From NCBI GenBank assembly GCA_035510955.1, contig DATKGE010000223.1, forward strand, positions 4,199-68,198: 64,000 bases of DNA, given 5' to 3'. How positions within the stretch are numbered: the stretch's first letter is position 1; every line of letters starts with the position of its first letter. A program made the translations under genes and the position numbers. Below the pieces are notes generated by a model that was not told the origin of the DNA, made no database searches, and saw only the letters and a program-made list of their open reading frames with translations. Positions 1 to 10,905 of this stretch are shown piece by piece. The DNA is from Terracidiphilus sp. (GTDB lineage: Bacteria; Acidobacteriota; Terriglobia; Terriglobales; Acidobacteriaceae).

Positions 1-113
1 ACACGCTGATGGACATGGGCCGCTCCGCGATGAACGTCATTGGCAATTGCCTGGCAGCTGCAGTCGTGGCGCGGTGGGAGGGAGAACTGAAACCAATGGA
101 AATCTCCGCCTGA
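1..113 (+). CDS. C-terminal fragment of dicarboxylate/amino acid:cation symporter (GltP/DctA family), 5'-truncated by window edge
   Basis: Frame from nt 3 reads TLMDMGRSAMNVIGNCLAAAVVARWEGE...TGA(111-113), the typical DAACS C-terminal motif D.gRt..NV.GN....vva.weg. Confidence 0.85.
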   Translation, partial: TLMDMGRSAMNVIGNCLAAAVVARWEGELKPMEISA

Positions 114-125
114 ATCCACTGAGAT

Positions 126-158
126 GGGTGCCCCATGTCTCGCCTTTGAGATCTGGGA
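126..158 (+). repeat. REP-like palindromic element, family A copy 1 (GGGTGCCCCA + hairpin)
   Basis: gggtgcccca-tgtctc-gccttt-gagatc-tggga; the same head recurs at 11390, 13840 and (inverted) 45633. Confidence 0.8.
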
Positions 159-211
159 AAGCACGCCCGTCAATGCGTCCCAGCCTTAGCCCCGCTAAGA
201 TATAAGAAACG

Positions 212-2695
212 ATGCCTTTGCTCGATCCCATCCCGTCGCCGGTGGAACACGCCGACTTTACCGCCCTCGAGTGGGAGCCGCTGCTAGCGCTCGTCGCAGG
301 CTTCGCCGCCTCGCCCGTCGGCCGTAACGCCATACTCGACCTGCGACCCTCCACCGACGAGGAATGGATCAGAAGCCAACACCAGCTCACGGACGAACTC
401 CGCCAAGTGCTCGCCGAACAGGTTTCCATCCCCTGCGGCGGACTCTTCGACGCCACGCAACTGGCAGCCAAGGCGCAGATTCCTGGCGCGGCGCTTGAAG
501 GTGCCGAACTCCAAGCCATCGCCCGCCTGGCCAACGATGTGGCTGCGTGGCAGGCGCTGCTGCAGTCGCCTCCGGCGCGGCTTGCGGGCAAGTTGCCCGG
601 CCTTTCAAGCCTCTCAGCCGCATTGACCAGCAGCCTCAAGCCTCTCGCCGAAACCATCGAGCGCACGATCCAGCCCGACGGCTCGCTGGCCGACAACGCC
701 TCGCCGGAGTTGAACCGCATTCGCCGCGAACAGGAGCGCCAGCAGCGCGTTATCGAAGAGTCGCTCCGCGCCGCGCTGCGCAAGCTCTCCTCTGAGGGCG
801 CAACCCAGGAAGACCTCATCACCATCCGCGGTGACCGTTTCGTCATTCCCGTCCGCGCGGAGTTGAAGCGTCGGATCTCAGGCGTCGTCCACGGCGCCAG
901 TTCTTCCGGCCAGACCGTTTACGTGGAGCCGCTGGAGACGATTGAGCAGAACAACGAACTGGTGCGGCTAATCGAGGAAGAGCAGGCCGAGATTCACCGC
1001 ATCTTTGTTGCGCTCACGCGCCAGGTGGGCGGCTACGCGCAAGGCCTCGTCGAAGGCGCCCGCGTGCTGGCGCTGGTCGACAGCCTGCAGGCTCGCGCCC
1101 GCTTCGCCCGCAACTTTGAATGCGTGGCCCCGACTATCACTTCGGACTGGCTGAATCTGGTCGGCGCGCGCCATCCGCTGCTTGAAAGGCGTTTGCGCGC
1201 AAGCGGCGCGCGGCCTAACACGGAAGTTGTGCCTCTCACGCTTGAACTCACGGCCGAGCATCGCCAGATGATCATCAGCGGACCCAACACCGGCGGCAAA
1301 ACCGTCACCCTTAAGGCCACCGCACTGCTGGCCATGATGGCCCAGGCCGGCCTGCCTGTGCCGGCTGCGGCAGCCAGCTTTCCCGTCTTCACCGCGTTCC
1401 TGGCCGACATCGGCGACGCGCAGTCGATTGAAGCCGCTCTGTCCACCTTTTCCGCGCACATCACCAACCTCGACCGCCTCTCTCGCCTTGCCGGGCCGCG
1501 AGCGCTGGTGCTGCTGGACGAGCTTGGCTCCTCCACCGATCCTGAGGAAGGCTCGGCACTCGCCGTAGCCATTGCCAGCTACTTCCTCGAAGCGGGGGCC
1601 TGGTCGCTCATCTCCACCCACCACACCTCGCTCAAGGTTTACGCCGCCAACACGCCTGGTGTGATCAACGCCGCCGCCGGCGTGGACGAGATCACTCTCG
1701 CGCCCAACTACCAGCTCCGGCTCGGTATTCCGGGTGCGTCGGCGGGCATTCAGACGGCTGAACGGCTGGGCCTTAACGCCACCATCGTCGCCGCAGCCCG
1801 TCAGCGCCTCGGCTCGCAGCAGGTGGACATCGCCCGCTTCCTCGATCGCCTGCACAATGAGCTGACGCAACTCGAGTCCGAACGCAAGCTGGCGCGCGAA
1901 GAACAATATGCGTTGAATCAGGCGCGGGCAAAGTTGGCGCGCGAAGGCGATCTAGAGCTCCACAACCGCATGCGCGAACTGGAGTCGAAGCTGGCCTCGC
2001 TGCTCAAGGACTTCGAGTTTCAGATGCGCGAGACCGTCCGCGCCATCGAGGACCGCGCCGCGCAGCAGAAGCTGTCAAAGGAAGCCGAACGGCGGATGAT
2101 CCGTTTGCGCCGCGAGTTTCAGGAGAGCTTCAACCAGACGGTCGTCGCGCACCGCACCGGCGCCGACCAGGGCGACGCCAACGCCCAGCCGCATCTACTC
2201 AAGCACATCGCTGCCGGCGACCAGGTCCGCATCAAGTCGATGAACAAAATCGCCATCGTGCAGCGCGAAATCGAGAAAGACTTGTTCGAGGTCGCCCTCG
2301 GCACCATCAAAATGCGCGTAAAACGCGACGAGCTCTCGGCGCCGCAGCCGTCGGGTGATTCAGCAGCCGCTGGAAAACCGGACCCGCTCGCCGCGGCGCG
2401 CAGGCAGAAGAACGTCCACGTCACCGTGAGCAGCGCATCCACCGACGACATGCGCATGGAGATCAATCTGATTGGCCGCACCGTCGACGAAGCTACCGGG
2501 GAGCTGGAGAAGTATCTCGACCGCGCATTTCTGGCCGGTCTGCCGCGCGTCCGCGTCATCCATGGACATGGCGCCGGAATTCTGCGGCGGGGAGTGCGCG
2601 AGTTCCTGAAGAGCCATCCCCACGTGGCCACCTTCGCCGAAGCCCCGCAAAACGAAGGCGGGCAGGGGGCAACGCTGGTGGAGCTCCGGCAGTAG
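212..2695 (+). CDS. mutS2: Endonuclease MutS2
   Basis: Walker A GPNTGGKT, DIGD.QSI..LSTFS, LLDELGS.TDP.EG, C-terminal Smr domain (IHGHGAG.LR, GGQGAT). Confidence 0.95.
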   Translation: MPLLDPIPSPVEHADFTALEWEPLLALVAGFAASPVGRNAILDLRPSTDEEWIRSQHQLTDELRQVLAEQVSIPCGGLFDATQLAAKAQIPGAALEGAELQAIARLANDVAAWQALLQSPPARLAGKLPGLSSLSAALTSSLKPLAETIERTIQPDGSLADNASPELNRIRREQERQQRVIEESLRAALRKLSSEGATQEDLITIRGDRFVIPVRAELKRRISGVVHGASSSGQTVYVEPLETIEQNNELVRLIEEEQAEIHRIFVALTRQVGGYAQGLVEGARVLALVDSLQARARFARNFECVAPTITSDWLNLVGARHPLLERRLRASGARPNTEVVPLTLELTAEHRQMIISGPNTGGKTVTLKATALLAMMAQAGLPVPAAAASFPVFTAFLADIGDAQSIEAALSTFSAHITNLDRLSRLAGPRALVLLDELGSSTDPEEGSALAVAIASYFLEAGAWSLISTHHTSLKVYAANTPGVINAAAGVDEITLAPNYQLRLGIPGASAGIQTAERLGLNATIVAAARQRLGSQQVDIARFLDRLHNELTQLESERKLAREEQYALNQARAKLAREGDLELHNRMRELESKLASLLKDFEFQMRETVRAIEDRAAQQKLSKEAERRMIRLRREFQESFNQTVVAHRTGADQGDANAQPHLLKHIAAGDQVRIKSMNKIAIVQREIEKDLFEVALGTIKMRVKRDELSAPQPSGDSAAAGKPDPLAAARRQKNVHVTVSSASTDDMRMEINLIGRTVDEATGELEKYLDRAFLAGLPRVRVIHGHGAGILRRGVREFLKSHPHVATFAEAPQNEGGQGATLVELRQ

Positions 2696-2825
2696 CTCCG
2701 CACCGCTTCTGCCGAGTCCGATCTCTTCGCTGATCGAAAAGTCGTAGACCTCCGCACCAAAGGCGCACCGTAAGCGCGGAAGGTTTCTGCTATCCTTCAG
2801 GCACATTCGTGAAATTGGCACGCTT

Positions 2826-4124
2826 TTGATTTCGTTGAAAACGAGAAACGTACGAAACCGCTCGATGTTCCTGGGTATTTTTCTAGGCCTGATCTGCACC
2901 CTTGCAGGCGCCCAGCCCGATGCGCACAAGTACGATCTCATCTTTGTCGCGGCGCAGGGCGATTTGGCGCGCGTCAAGGCGCTGATCGACGCCGGGGCCG
3001 ATGTGAATTTCAATGCGGAGAATGGACTGACGCCATTGCTTGCAGCTTCATTGAATGGGTCCCCGGCAGTGGTGCGGGCGCTGATCGACGCCGGAGCTGA
3101 TGTGAATGCCAGCAATGCAGACGGGAATACGGCGCTCATGGCTGCGACACAGTCGAATCACCTGGAGGCGGTTCAGGCGCTGCTCTCCGCAGCGGCAGAC
3201 GCGAACGCGAGGAACAAAGATGGCGTCACTGCCCTGCTGCTGTCATCGCAGCTGGGTAACGCGGGAGTCATCAAGGCCTTGATCGGCTGCTGGGCCGAGG
3301 TGAACGCACAGACTCGGGACGGCTTCACGGCATTGATGTACGTCGCGCAGAATGGACGCCTTGCGGCGATGCGGGCATTGATCGCCGCAGGGGCCGATGC
3401 GAACATCAAGGCCCCGGACGGTACCACTGCCCTGCTGGCGGCGGCGGCGAACAACAGCACTCCGGAATTCGAAATCGTGCAGGCGCTCATCGATGCCAAG
3501 GCCGACGTGAATGCCAGGAGTCACTACGGCGAATCTGCGTTGACGATCGAAGCTCTGAACGGTTCAACGGAAGCCGTGCGGGCGTTAGTCGCCGCAAAAG
3601 CGGATGTGAACAACAGGAACAATGCCGGCATGACTGCCTTGATGTCGGCTTCGTTCACCGGCCGGGTGGACGTCATTCGGCCATTGATCGCCTTCGGGGC
3701 CGATGTCAACGCCGCGGGCGCGAATGGCGCGACGGCGCTGATCTATGCAGCCCAGGACGGCAACCCGGAGGCCCTGCGGCTATTGATTACGGCCGGGGCC
3801 AACGTGAATGCCAAGGCGGACTCCATCGGCACGCCTACGGAAGACGGCGATGCAACGCCGCTGATGGTAACGTCGAAGCTGGGCTATCTGGAAGCAGTGC
3901 GGGTGCTGCTCGAAGCCAGGGCCGATGTGAATGCGAAGACATCCACGGGCATCACGGCGCTGATTCTGGCGTCGAAGAACGCCCATCCGGAGGTAGTGCG
4001 GGAACTGCTCGCGGCCAAGGCGGATGCGAACGCCGTTACAACGGAAGGCAAGACTGCGTTGAGTGCGGCAGGGGAGCAGGCCGAGGTCAAAGGCTTATTG
4101 CTCCAGGCGGGAGCCAAGCCCTGA
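2826..4124 (+). CDS. Secreted ankyrin-repeat protein
   Basis: About 11 repeats of G.TAL..A...G....V..LI.AGADVN after a hydrophobic N-terminal signal-like segment; start could be ATG 2865. Confidence 0.9.
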   Translation: MISLKTRNVRNRSMFLGIFLGLICTLAGAQPDAHKYDLIFVAAQGDLARVKALIDAGADVNFNAENGLTPLLAASLNGSPAVVRALIDAGADVNASNADGNTALMAATQSNHLEAVQALLSAAADANARNKDGVTALLLSSQLGNAGVIKALIGCWAEVNAQTRDGFTALMYVAQNGRLAAMRALIAAGADANIKAPDGTTALLAAAANNSTPEFEIVQALIDAKADVNARSHYGESALTIEALNGSTEAVRALVAAKADVNNRNNAGMTALMSASFTGRVDVIRPLIAFGADVNAAGANGATALIYAAQDGNPEALRLLITAGANVNAKADSIGTPTEDGDATPLMVTSKLGYLEAVRVLLEARADVNAKTSTGITALILASKNAHPEVVRELLAAKADANAVTTEGKTALSAAGEQAEVKGLLLQAGAKP

Positions 4125-4253
4125 CGGCATCGGGATGAATGTCGAGCCGGGTGCGCCCGGGATTCCGGTCGAGCGACAATTCAGTGACATCTCCGTAACA
4201 ATTCGCCCTGCCTGGTCGGATATCATCACAATCAGCTTTTAAGGGAGGTTCCG

Positions 4254-4808
4254 ATGCGGAAATTGAGCTTGATGGTCCTGATGCTGTATGTGGCTTGCAC
4301 CAGCCTGGCGGCGCAGACGAAGAGCATTTACGACTTTACGATGAAGTCGATCGACGGGCAGCCGGTGAGCCTGGGCAGTTACAGCGGCAAGGTAGTGCTG
4401 CTGGTGAACGTGGCCAGCAAGTGCGGGTTCACGCCGCAGTATGCGGGCCTTGAGTCGCTTTATGAGAAGTACAAAGACCGCGGGCTGGCGATCGTCGGCA
4501 TTCCTGCCAACAACTTTGCCCAGCAGGAGCCGGGCACCAACGAAGAGATAAAAAAGTTCTGCTCGAACAAGTACAACGTGACGTTTCCGATGATGGCCAA
4601 GGTGAGTGTGCTGGGCGACGATAAGACGCCCCTCTACACTTTCCTGACCGGCGCGGGCACCGACCCGCAATTCGCCGGGGACATCAAGTGGAATTTCACC
4701 AAATTTCTGTTCGATCGCAGCGGTAAGCCGGTGGCGCGGTTTGAACCGAACGTGACTCCCGACTCACCGCAGGTTACGGCGGCGATTGAAGCTGCGCTGG
4801 GACAATAG
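4254..4808 (+). CDS. Glutathione peroxidase family (Cys-type), exported
   Basis: NVASKCGFTPQY, P.NNF.QQEPG and WNFTKFL motifs; signal peptide; GGGAGG RBS. Confidence 0.93.
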   Translation: MRKLSLMVLMLYVACTSLAAQTKSIYDFTMKSIDGQPVSLGSYSGKVVLLVNVASKCGFTPQYAGLESLYEKYKDRGLAIVGIPANNFAQQEPGTNEEIKKFCSNKYNVTFPMMAKVSVLGDDKTPLYTFLTGAGTDPQFAGDIKWNFTKFLFDRSGKPVARFEPNVTPDSPQVTAAIEAALGQ

Positions 4809-4819
4809 CGCAACCCCGC

Positions 4820-5749
4820 TTACATCGAAGGCTTGTCTGAGGCAGAGGCGGTGTCGTGGCAGACGCCCCCCTTTGCTTCGCCTTCCGTAGTTATCGGGGG
4901 GCTTGCAGCACCGTTAACCGCCATGGGCGCACTCTTCATCTCGTGCAGCAGCTTGACGAGGCGATCGAAGCCCTGTTCGCGCGCGGTCTTGTTGCCGGGG
5001 ACCGCATTGCTCGGATCTTCGCCGGCACGCATGAAACCGTGACCGGCGCCATCGTAAGTGACCGGCTCGTACGCCTTGCCGGCGGCTTTCATGGCCGCCG
5101 TGGTGGCCGGGACGGTAGCGCCGATGCGCGCATCGTTGCCGGCGTAGAAGCCGTAGACCGGAGCAGTAATGGCGGAAACGTCGGCAGGTCCCGGGCCGTA
5201 GAAGACGAACGCCGCGGAGAGGTCTTTGCGGTGGGTTGCAAAAGCGAAGGACTTGCCTCCACCCCAGCAGAAACCGACAACCGCAATCTTACCGTTGGCT
5301 GCGGGCAGGTGCTTGCCGTAGTCGGCCGCGGCATCGAGGTCGGTGTTGACCCCGTCGGGGTCCAGGCCGGAAACGGCTTTCACGGTGGCATCCTGGCTGG
5401 GAAACTCGCTGGAGCCGCCGCCGTTGGGTCCGAAGCCGGTGAGCAGGTCGGGAGCAACGACGATGAAGCCCTGCGCGGCGAGTTCATCGGCCATCTCCTT
5501 GGCCCAGTCGCTGAGGCCGAAGATTTCATGGATCAGAATCACAACCGGAGCTTTGGTCTTGACCTCGGGGTAAACCACGAAGGCCTGCACGGTGCGGCTG
5601 CCGTGCTTGAGGGAAACGTATTCAAGGTGACGCGGCGAAGCTTCAAGGCGGCCTTTGGCCCAATCCTGCGCATGGACTGAAACAGCGCCGGCCAGGCTGG
5701 ACAAAATGGAAGCACCGAGGAGCAGACAGGGAAGTGACGTCAGTTTCAT
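4820..5749 (-). CDS. Dienelactone hydrolase family protein (exported)
   Basis: HEIFGL, GFCWGG nucleophile and GAGHGFMR motifs; start set at MKLTS (5749), 7 nt after TAGACT. Confidence 0.9.
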   Translation of the reverse strand: MKLTSLPCLLLGASILSSLAGAVSVHAQDWAKGRLEASPRHLEYVSLKHGSRTVQAFVVYPEVKTKAPVVILIHEIFGLSDWAKEMADELAAQGFIVVAPDLLTGFGPNGGGSSEFPSQDATVKAVSGLDPDGVNTDLDAAADYGKHLPAANGKIAVVGFCWGGGKSFAFATHRKDLSAAFVFYGPGPADVSAITAPVYGFYAGNDARIGATVPATTAAMKAAGKAYEPVTYDGAGHGFMRAGEDPSNAVPGNKTAREQGFDRLVKLLHEMKSAPMAVNGAASPPITTEGEAKGGVCHDTASASDKPSM

Positions 5750-5907
5750 GGCGTCCAGTCTAGCTTCGCGCAACACGTAGCTGCAAGGATTCTTTTTTGA
5801 ATTCGATGATTGTCTCGCTACTTTGCCTTTGTCTCGCGCGCGTCAAGGCAAAAAAGCAAGAAGCCGGAGCATTCAGCCCCGGCTTCACCCGAGTTCGACG
5901 CGGCCTG

Positions 5908-8532
5908 TTACGCCATCGCCTCCCGCCCCATCGGCTCAAAGTGCAGCTGGTTCGAATTGCGATCGACATCGATGCGCACATGTGAGCCGTGCAGCACTTC
6001 GCCGTTGAGGATCTTGATGGCCAGCGGATCCTGCACCATGCGCTGCAAGGCACGCTTGAGTGGCCGCGCTCCATACGCCGCATCCGAGCCCGACGCCAGA
6101 ATCAACTGCCGCGCGGGTTCCGTGAGTTCGAGCGAGATCTGCCGATCCTCCAGCAGCTTGCGCACTTCGTTCAGCCGCAGTTCGAGAATCTGGCCCATCT
6201 GCGCGTGCCCCAGGGGACGGAAGATGACCATGTCGTCGACGCGGTTCAGGAATTCCGGCCGGAAGTGCTCGCGCAGGATACGCATCACGCTCTCCCGCGC
6301 CATGTCGAAGTCGTGTTCGGTCTTCAGCGCGTCCGTCACCAGAGCGGCTGCGCCCAGGTTGGACGTCATGATGAGCACAGTGTTCTTGAAGTCCACCGTG
6401 CGGCCCTTGGCGTCGGTCAGCCGGCCGTCGTCCATCACCTGCAGCAGAATGTTGAACACATCGGGGTGCGCCTTTTCAATCTCGTCGAACAGGATCACTG
6501 CGTACGGCCGGCGACGCACGGCCTCAGTCAACTGGCCGCCTTCGTCGTAACCCACGTAGCCCGGAGGCGCGCCGATCAGCCGCGCAACGGCGTGCTTCTC
6601 CATGTACTCGCTCATGTCGATGCGCACCATGGCCTGCTCGTCGTCGAAAAGAAACTCAGCCAGCGCGCGCGCCGTTTCGGTTTTGCCTACGCCGGTGGGG
6701 CCGAGAAAGATGAACGAGCCGATGGGCCGACGCGGATCGCTCAATCCGGCGCGAGATCGGCGTATGGCGTTGGCCACGACCGTCAGTGCGGCGTCCTGGC
6801 CAATTACGCGCTCGCGCAGGCGCGTTTCCATTTCGACCAGCTTCTTCATTTCGCCCTCGAGCATCCGCGAAACAGGAATCCCCGTCCACTTGCTTACGAT
6901 GCCGGCAATGTCTTCCTCGTCGACCTCGTCCTTGAGCATCCGCGCCACGCCCGCATTTCCTTCCTGCGCGGCAGTCAACTGCTTCAGCTCCGCTTCCAGC
7001 CTGGGCAGGTCGCCGTACTGGATCTGCGCTGCCCGCTCCAACTGCCCCTTGCGCGTCTGCTCTTCGGCCTCGAAGCGAAGGGCCTCAATCTTCTTCTTGA
7101 CGTCGGTGATGCGGCTGCTCGCGTCGCGTTCCTTCGTCCACCGCGCGGAGAGCGCTGTGATTTCTTCATTCAGCTCCGCCACTTCGCGCTCGACCTCGTT
7201 ACGGCGTGCAACGCTGTTGGAGTCTGTCTCGCGCTTGAGCGCCTCGCGCTCAATCTCCAGCGATGTTTTCTCGCGCTCCCGTTGGTCGATGACGGTTGGC
7301 TTCGACCCTTTCTGAATGGCCAGCGAGGCGGCGGCTTCATCCACCAGGTCGATAGCTTTGTCGGGCAGGAAGCGGTCGCTGATGTAGCGGTGCGAGAGGG
7401 TGGCCGCGGCTACGATGGCCGAGTCCTTGATGCGCACGTCGTGGTGCGCCTCGTAGCGGTCTTTGAGGCCGCGCAAAATGGCGATGGTATCCTCGACGTT
7501 GGGCTCGCCAACATAGACGATCTGGAAGCGCCGCTCCAGGGCCGCGTCCTTTTCAATGTACTTGCGGTATTCATTTAAAGTGGTAGCCCCGATGGCGCGC
7601 AGCTCGCCCCTCGCCAGAGGCGGCTTGAGCATGTTGCTGGCGTCGATGGCTCCCTCGGCCGCGCCCGCCCCAACGAGCGTGTGCAACTCGTCGATGAAGA
7701 GCACGATCTGGCCGTTCGATTCTTCGATTTCCTTCAGCACAGCCTTGAGCCGGTCTTCGAACTCGCCGCGATACTTGGCACCGGCCAGCATGGAACCGAG
7801 GTCCAGCGAGATGACCCGCTTGTCGCGCAGGCTATCCGGCACGTCGCCGGAGATAATGCGCCGCGCAAGGCCTTCCACAATGGCGGTTTTGCCCACGCCG
7901 GGTTCGCCGATCAGCACCGGGTTGTTCTTCGTTCGCCGGCTGAGCACCTGGATCACGCGGCGAATCTCCTCGTCGCGGCCAATGACCGGATCAAGCCTGC
8001 CGCGGCGGGCCAGTTCGGTCAGGTCTTTGGCGTACTTTTCGAGCGCCTGGAATTTTCCTTCGGGATTCTGGTCGGTGACGCGCTGCGAGCCGCGCACCGC
8101 GGTCAGAGCCTTGAGGATCGCCTCATGGGTTGCGCCCAGCGCCAGCAGTGCATCGCGCGCGGCATCACCCTTCACATGCGCCGCTCCCAGCAAAAGGTGC
8201 TCGGTCGAGACGTATTCGTCCTTAAAGTTGGCGGCTTCACGGAAGGCCTGTTCCAGCGCCTTGTTCAGCGCCTGGCTCAGTCCGGGCTGGCTGGCAGCAC
8301 CGGCGACACGAGGCAGTTTCTCCTCGATCTGGTGCAGGTCGTGCTCCAGGCGCTCGGTGGGTACGCCGATCTTTTCCAGCACCGAAGGGATCACGCCTTC
8401 GCGGTCCTCGACCAGCGCCAGCAACAGGTGCACCGGCTGGACTTCAGGATTGCCGAGTTCCGCGGCCCGCGATTGCGCCTGCTGCATCGCCTGCTGCGAC
8501 TTCACCGTAAATTTGTCCCAACGAATTGCCAT
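5908..8532 (-). CDS. clpB: ATP-dependent chaperone ClpB
   Basis: Two AAA modules ([16 protein letters not shown]), coiled-coil M-domain, [18 protein letters not shown]. Confidence 0.97.
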   Translation of the reverse strand: MAIRWDKFTVKSQQAMQQAQSRAAELGNPEVQPVHLLLALVEDREGVIPSVLEKIGVPTERLEHDLHQIEEKLPRVAGAASQPGLSQALNKALEQAFREAANFKDEYVSTEHLLLGAAHVKGDAARDALLALGATHEAILKALTAVRGSQRVTDQNPEGKFQALEKYAKDLTELARRGRLDPVIGRDEEIRRVIQVLSRRTKNNPVLIGEPGVGKTAIVEGLARRIISGDVPDSLRDKRVISLDLGSMLAGAKYRGEFEDRLKAVLKEIEESNGQIVLFIDELHTLVGAGAAEGAIDASNMLKPPLARGELRAIGATTLNEYRKYIEKDAALERRFQIVYVGEPNVEDTIAILRGLKDRYEAHHDVRIKDSAIVAAATLSHRYISDRFLPDKAIDLVDEAAASLAIQKGSKPTVIDQREREKTSLEIEREALKRETDSNSVARRNEVEREVAELNEEITALSARWTKERDASSRITDVKKKIEALRFEAEEQTRKGQLERAAQIQYGDLPRLEAELKQLTAAQEGNAGVARMLKDEVDEEDIAGIVSKWTGIPVSRMLEGEMKKLVEMETRLRERVIGQDAALTVVANAIRRSRAGLSDPRRPIGSFIFLGPTGVGKTETARALAEFLFDDEQAMVRIDMSEYMEKHAVARLIGAPPGYVGYDEGGQLTEAVRRRPYAVILFDEIEKAHPDVFNILLQVMDDGRLTDAKGRTVDFKNTVLIMTSNLGAAALVTDALKTEHDFDMARESVMRILREHFRPEFLNRVDDMVIFRPLGHAQMGQILELRLNEVRKLLEDRQISLELTEPARQLILASGSDAAYGARPLKRALQRMVQDPLAIKILNGEVLHGSHVRIDVDRNSNQLHFEPMGREAMA

Positions 8533-8553
8533 AATTCCTCAGATGTCCGTTTT

Positions 8554-8658
8554 CAGTTCACAGTTCTTAGTTCGCAGTTCACAGTATCCATCGCAAAGCG
8601 GCCGGGGCGAAAGACTGCGCTCCCACCCGGCCGCAGAAAACTGCGAACTCAAGAACTG
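8554..8658. repeat. Inverted pair of heptamer tandem repeats (YAGTTCN)n between hsp20 and clpB
   Basis: cagttca cagttct tagttcg cagttca (8554-8581) and complementary actgcgaactcaagaactg (8640-8658), enclosing a GCGGCCGG/CCGGCCGC stem. Confidence 0.75.
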
Positions 8659-8675
8659 TTCGTTACGAACTAGTC

Positions 8676-9173
8676 TTACCGCACGCCGGCCAACTCCGGC
8701 TGTTCCACTGCCTTCGGTGCTTCCGCTTTCGTCGCACTGTCCACGTTGATCTTGATCTGCTTGGGCTGCGCTTCAGGCTTCTTGGCCAGTTCCAGCTTCA
8801 TCACGCCGGCATTGTAGCTGGCCCGCACGCTTTCGGTGTCCACGGTCGTGGGTAATGTAAAGGCGCGGAAGAAGCTGCCATAGCGGCGCTCGATGCGATG
8901 GAAGTTCTGCTCCTTCTCTTCGGCCTCGAACTTGCGCTCGCCCTTGACGGTCAGCATGTGGTTTTCCACGCGGATGTCCAGGTCCTTCTCTTCAATGCCC
9001 GGGAGTTCGAGCTTCAAGACCACCTTCTTTGCGTCCTCATAAATGTCGACGGCGGGCGCAAAGCTGGCAGCCGGAGCCGTGTCCTGGTCATCGTTCAGGT
9101 CGCGAAACAGAGAGTTGACGCGGTTCTGCAACGCTACGACTTCACGGAATGGGTCCCAACGAGTGATTGTCAT
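8676..9173 (-). CDS. Small heat-shock protein Hsp20 (alpha-crystallin family)
   Basis: [35 protein letters not shown]; GGAGA RBS before ATG 9173. Confidence 0.95.
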   Translation of the reverse strand: MTITRWDPFREVVALQNRVNSLFRDLNDDQDTAPAASFAPAVDIYEDAKKVVLKLELPGIEEKDLDIRVENHMLTVKGERKFEAEEKEQNFHRIERRYGSFFRAFTLPTTVDTESVRASYNAGVMKLELAKKPEAQPKQIKINVDSATKAEAPKAVEQPELAGVR

Positions 9174-9218
9174 GATCTTGATTCTCCAGATGGATTTTCG
9201 ATGTGATGGGGCCGGGAA

Positions 9219-9299
9219 GCTGAGTCCCGGCCGCTCAATCAATCTGATGACACTATAGCACAAATGATTCATAAAATATGCGCGTCTTACGCTCATATT
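9219..9299 (-). promoter_or_regulatory. hsp20-clpB promoter with two HspR HAIR-like inverted repeats
   Basis: GCTGAGT-N7-GCTCAAT (9219-9239) and AATATGCGC-N7-GCTCATATT (9275-9299) versus HAIR consensus CTTGAGT-N7-ACTCAAG; extended -10 TGcTATAGT on the minus strand (9260-9252) lies between them. Confidence 0.7.
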
Positions 9300-9442
9300 C
9301 ATGATGTAGATCTAAGTAGCTTAATATCCTTAAACTTATACGAACAGGATCGGCTCGAAGAGCCGATTTCGATCCTGCTTTGAGCTGAATTGGATTGGGC
9401 GGAGAAGCGTATCCGGTACCGGTGTCCAGCGGTTCCGGTGGA

Positions 9443-9655
9443 TTAATCGCCTTTGCAGCGTTTGGCTGGCGGGTCATAGACCTCAGGGAACTCGCGCCGA
9501 ATGGCGGCAACCAGCGCGGCGTGTTCCTCAGTCCCAATGGCGAGTTCCAGCGGCTGATGGGGCGGCGAGGCATTGGTAGCGGCAGAGTTCAGAATGTCGT
9601 CGAGGGCAGAACCGCTTTGAATCTCCCTTGATTCGGTGGGCGTCAGCTGGGTCAT
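9443..9655 (-). CDS. Small hypothetical protein
   Basis: 70-aa ORF with AAGGA RBS, fills an otherwise empty gap; no recognisable motif. Confidence 0.45.
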   Translation of the reverse strand: MTQLTPTESREIQSGSALDDILNSAATNASPPHQPLELAIGTEEHAALVAAIRREFPEVYDPPAKRCKGD

Positions 9656-9946
9656 CGAATTCCTTACCGCCTTTCTTCTGGTGAACCCGCCGCTCTTGCA
9701 TTTGTTGTGCGGCGTTGTGATGACTCACGTGCTTATACGCCGACTAGATTAACGTCAAAAACAATTTGCCCGTCCTTTGCGCCGCTCCCTGGGCGCCATC
9801 GATCTTTGAGAGTTTAACCCGGGGTTGCGGCAGCGGCGCAGAATTCGGGCGTCCCCGTATCTCTTTGGTTCACACCGCTCTTTGCGTCCCGGCGCGTGAC
9901 TTGGCCGGGGCTCCGGTCCTTCGGGCCCTTCTACAATCAAGGACAG

Positions 9947-10750
9947 ATGACGCCGCTTTTCAGCCTTCTCCAACACATTGACTGGCATTGGCTTTGGCTC
10001 TCCGTGGCTGCGTTTCTGGCCGGGGTGCTGAATGCTGTGGCGGGCGGCGGCAGCTTTCTGCTGTTTCCCGCCATGCTGAGTATGAAGATGCTGCCGGTGC
10101 AGGCCAACGCCACCAACACCGTGGCTCTGTGGCCGGGTCAGCTTACCTCCGTTGCCGCTTACCGCGACGATATTCGCAAGAACCTTCGCGTGGCCTGGCC
10201 GATGGCCCTGGCCGGACTGCTGGGTGGCACCGCCGGCGCCGTGGTCCTGCTGAACACGCCGCAGACGACCTTCCTCCACCTGGTGCCGTGGCTTCTGCTG
10301 GTGGCGGCAATCATCTTTGCCCTCACCGGTCCTGTCTCCCGCTGGCTGGCCCGGCAAAAGCAACGCGCGGTAGGCAGCGCAGCGCGGCCGGTCCGCTTGC
10401 TGCCAGTGTTCCTGTGCACCATCGTGGTCTGCTTCTATATTGGCTATTTCGGCGCCGGGGCGGGGTTTCTGATTATGACGCTGCTGTCGCTGTTCGGCTA
10501 TCAGGACTTGAACGACATCAATGCCCTGAAAGTGGTCTCCACCACCATGGCCAACGGCATTGCCTTCGTTATCTTTGTCGCGAACGGCCAGGTGGTTTGG
10601 CGCTATTGCCTGCTGGCCATGGTTACCTGCGCTGTTGGGGGTTACAGTTCCGCCCGCTTCGCCAGGAAGGTGCCGCAACCGGTGCTGCGCGGACTGGTGG
10701 TCTTCATCGGACTGGCCATGGCGGCGTGGTTCTTCTGGAAAAACCCGTGA
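9947..10750 (+). CDS. Sulfite exporter TauE/SafE family membrane protein
   Basis: AG.LNAVAGGGS, ANATNT, Y.GYFGAGAG, NALK motifs; multiple TM segments. Confidence 0.9.
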   Translation: MTPLFSLLQHIDWHWLWLSVAAFLAGVLNAVAGGGSFLLFPAMLSMKMLPVQANATNTVALWPGQLTSVAAYRDDIRKNLRVAWPMALAGLLGGTAGAVVLLNTPQTTFLHLVPWLLLVAAIIFALTGPVSRWLARQKQRAVGSAARPVRLLPVFLCTIVVCFYIGYFGAGAGFLIMTLLSLFGYQDLNDINALKVVSTTMANGIAFVIFVANGQVVWRYCLLAMVTCAVGGYSSARFARKVPQPVLRGLVVFIGLAMAAWFFWKNP

Positions 10751-10758
10751 AAACTGGG

Positions 10759-10893
10759 GTCAGAAATCAGGGATCAGGGATCAGTTTCCGATCTCCGATC
10801 AGGGAACCCTCGCGCGGACCAGCCACGAAGGCTGGAAGGTAAACGTCTCGCAGGCCGTTTAGCTTTTCCCTGACCGCTGAACCCTGACCCCTG
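10759..10893. repeat. Inverted pair of heptamer tandem repeats (TCAGGGA)n ... (CTGACCC)n
   Basis: tcagaaa tcaggga tcaggga tcag near 10760 and ctgaccg ctgaacc ctgaccc ctg near 10870. Confidence 0.7.
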
Positions 10894-10905
10894 TAAACTG
10901 TCTTT

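Noticed and set aside
2815-2832. Sigma54 promoter TGGCACGCTTTTGAT before the ankyrin gene
   Set aside because: The -12 GC is absent at the required GG-N10-GC spacing
4421-4426. Selenoprotein glutathione peroxidase
   Set aside because: The active-site codon is TGC (Cys)
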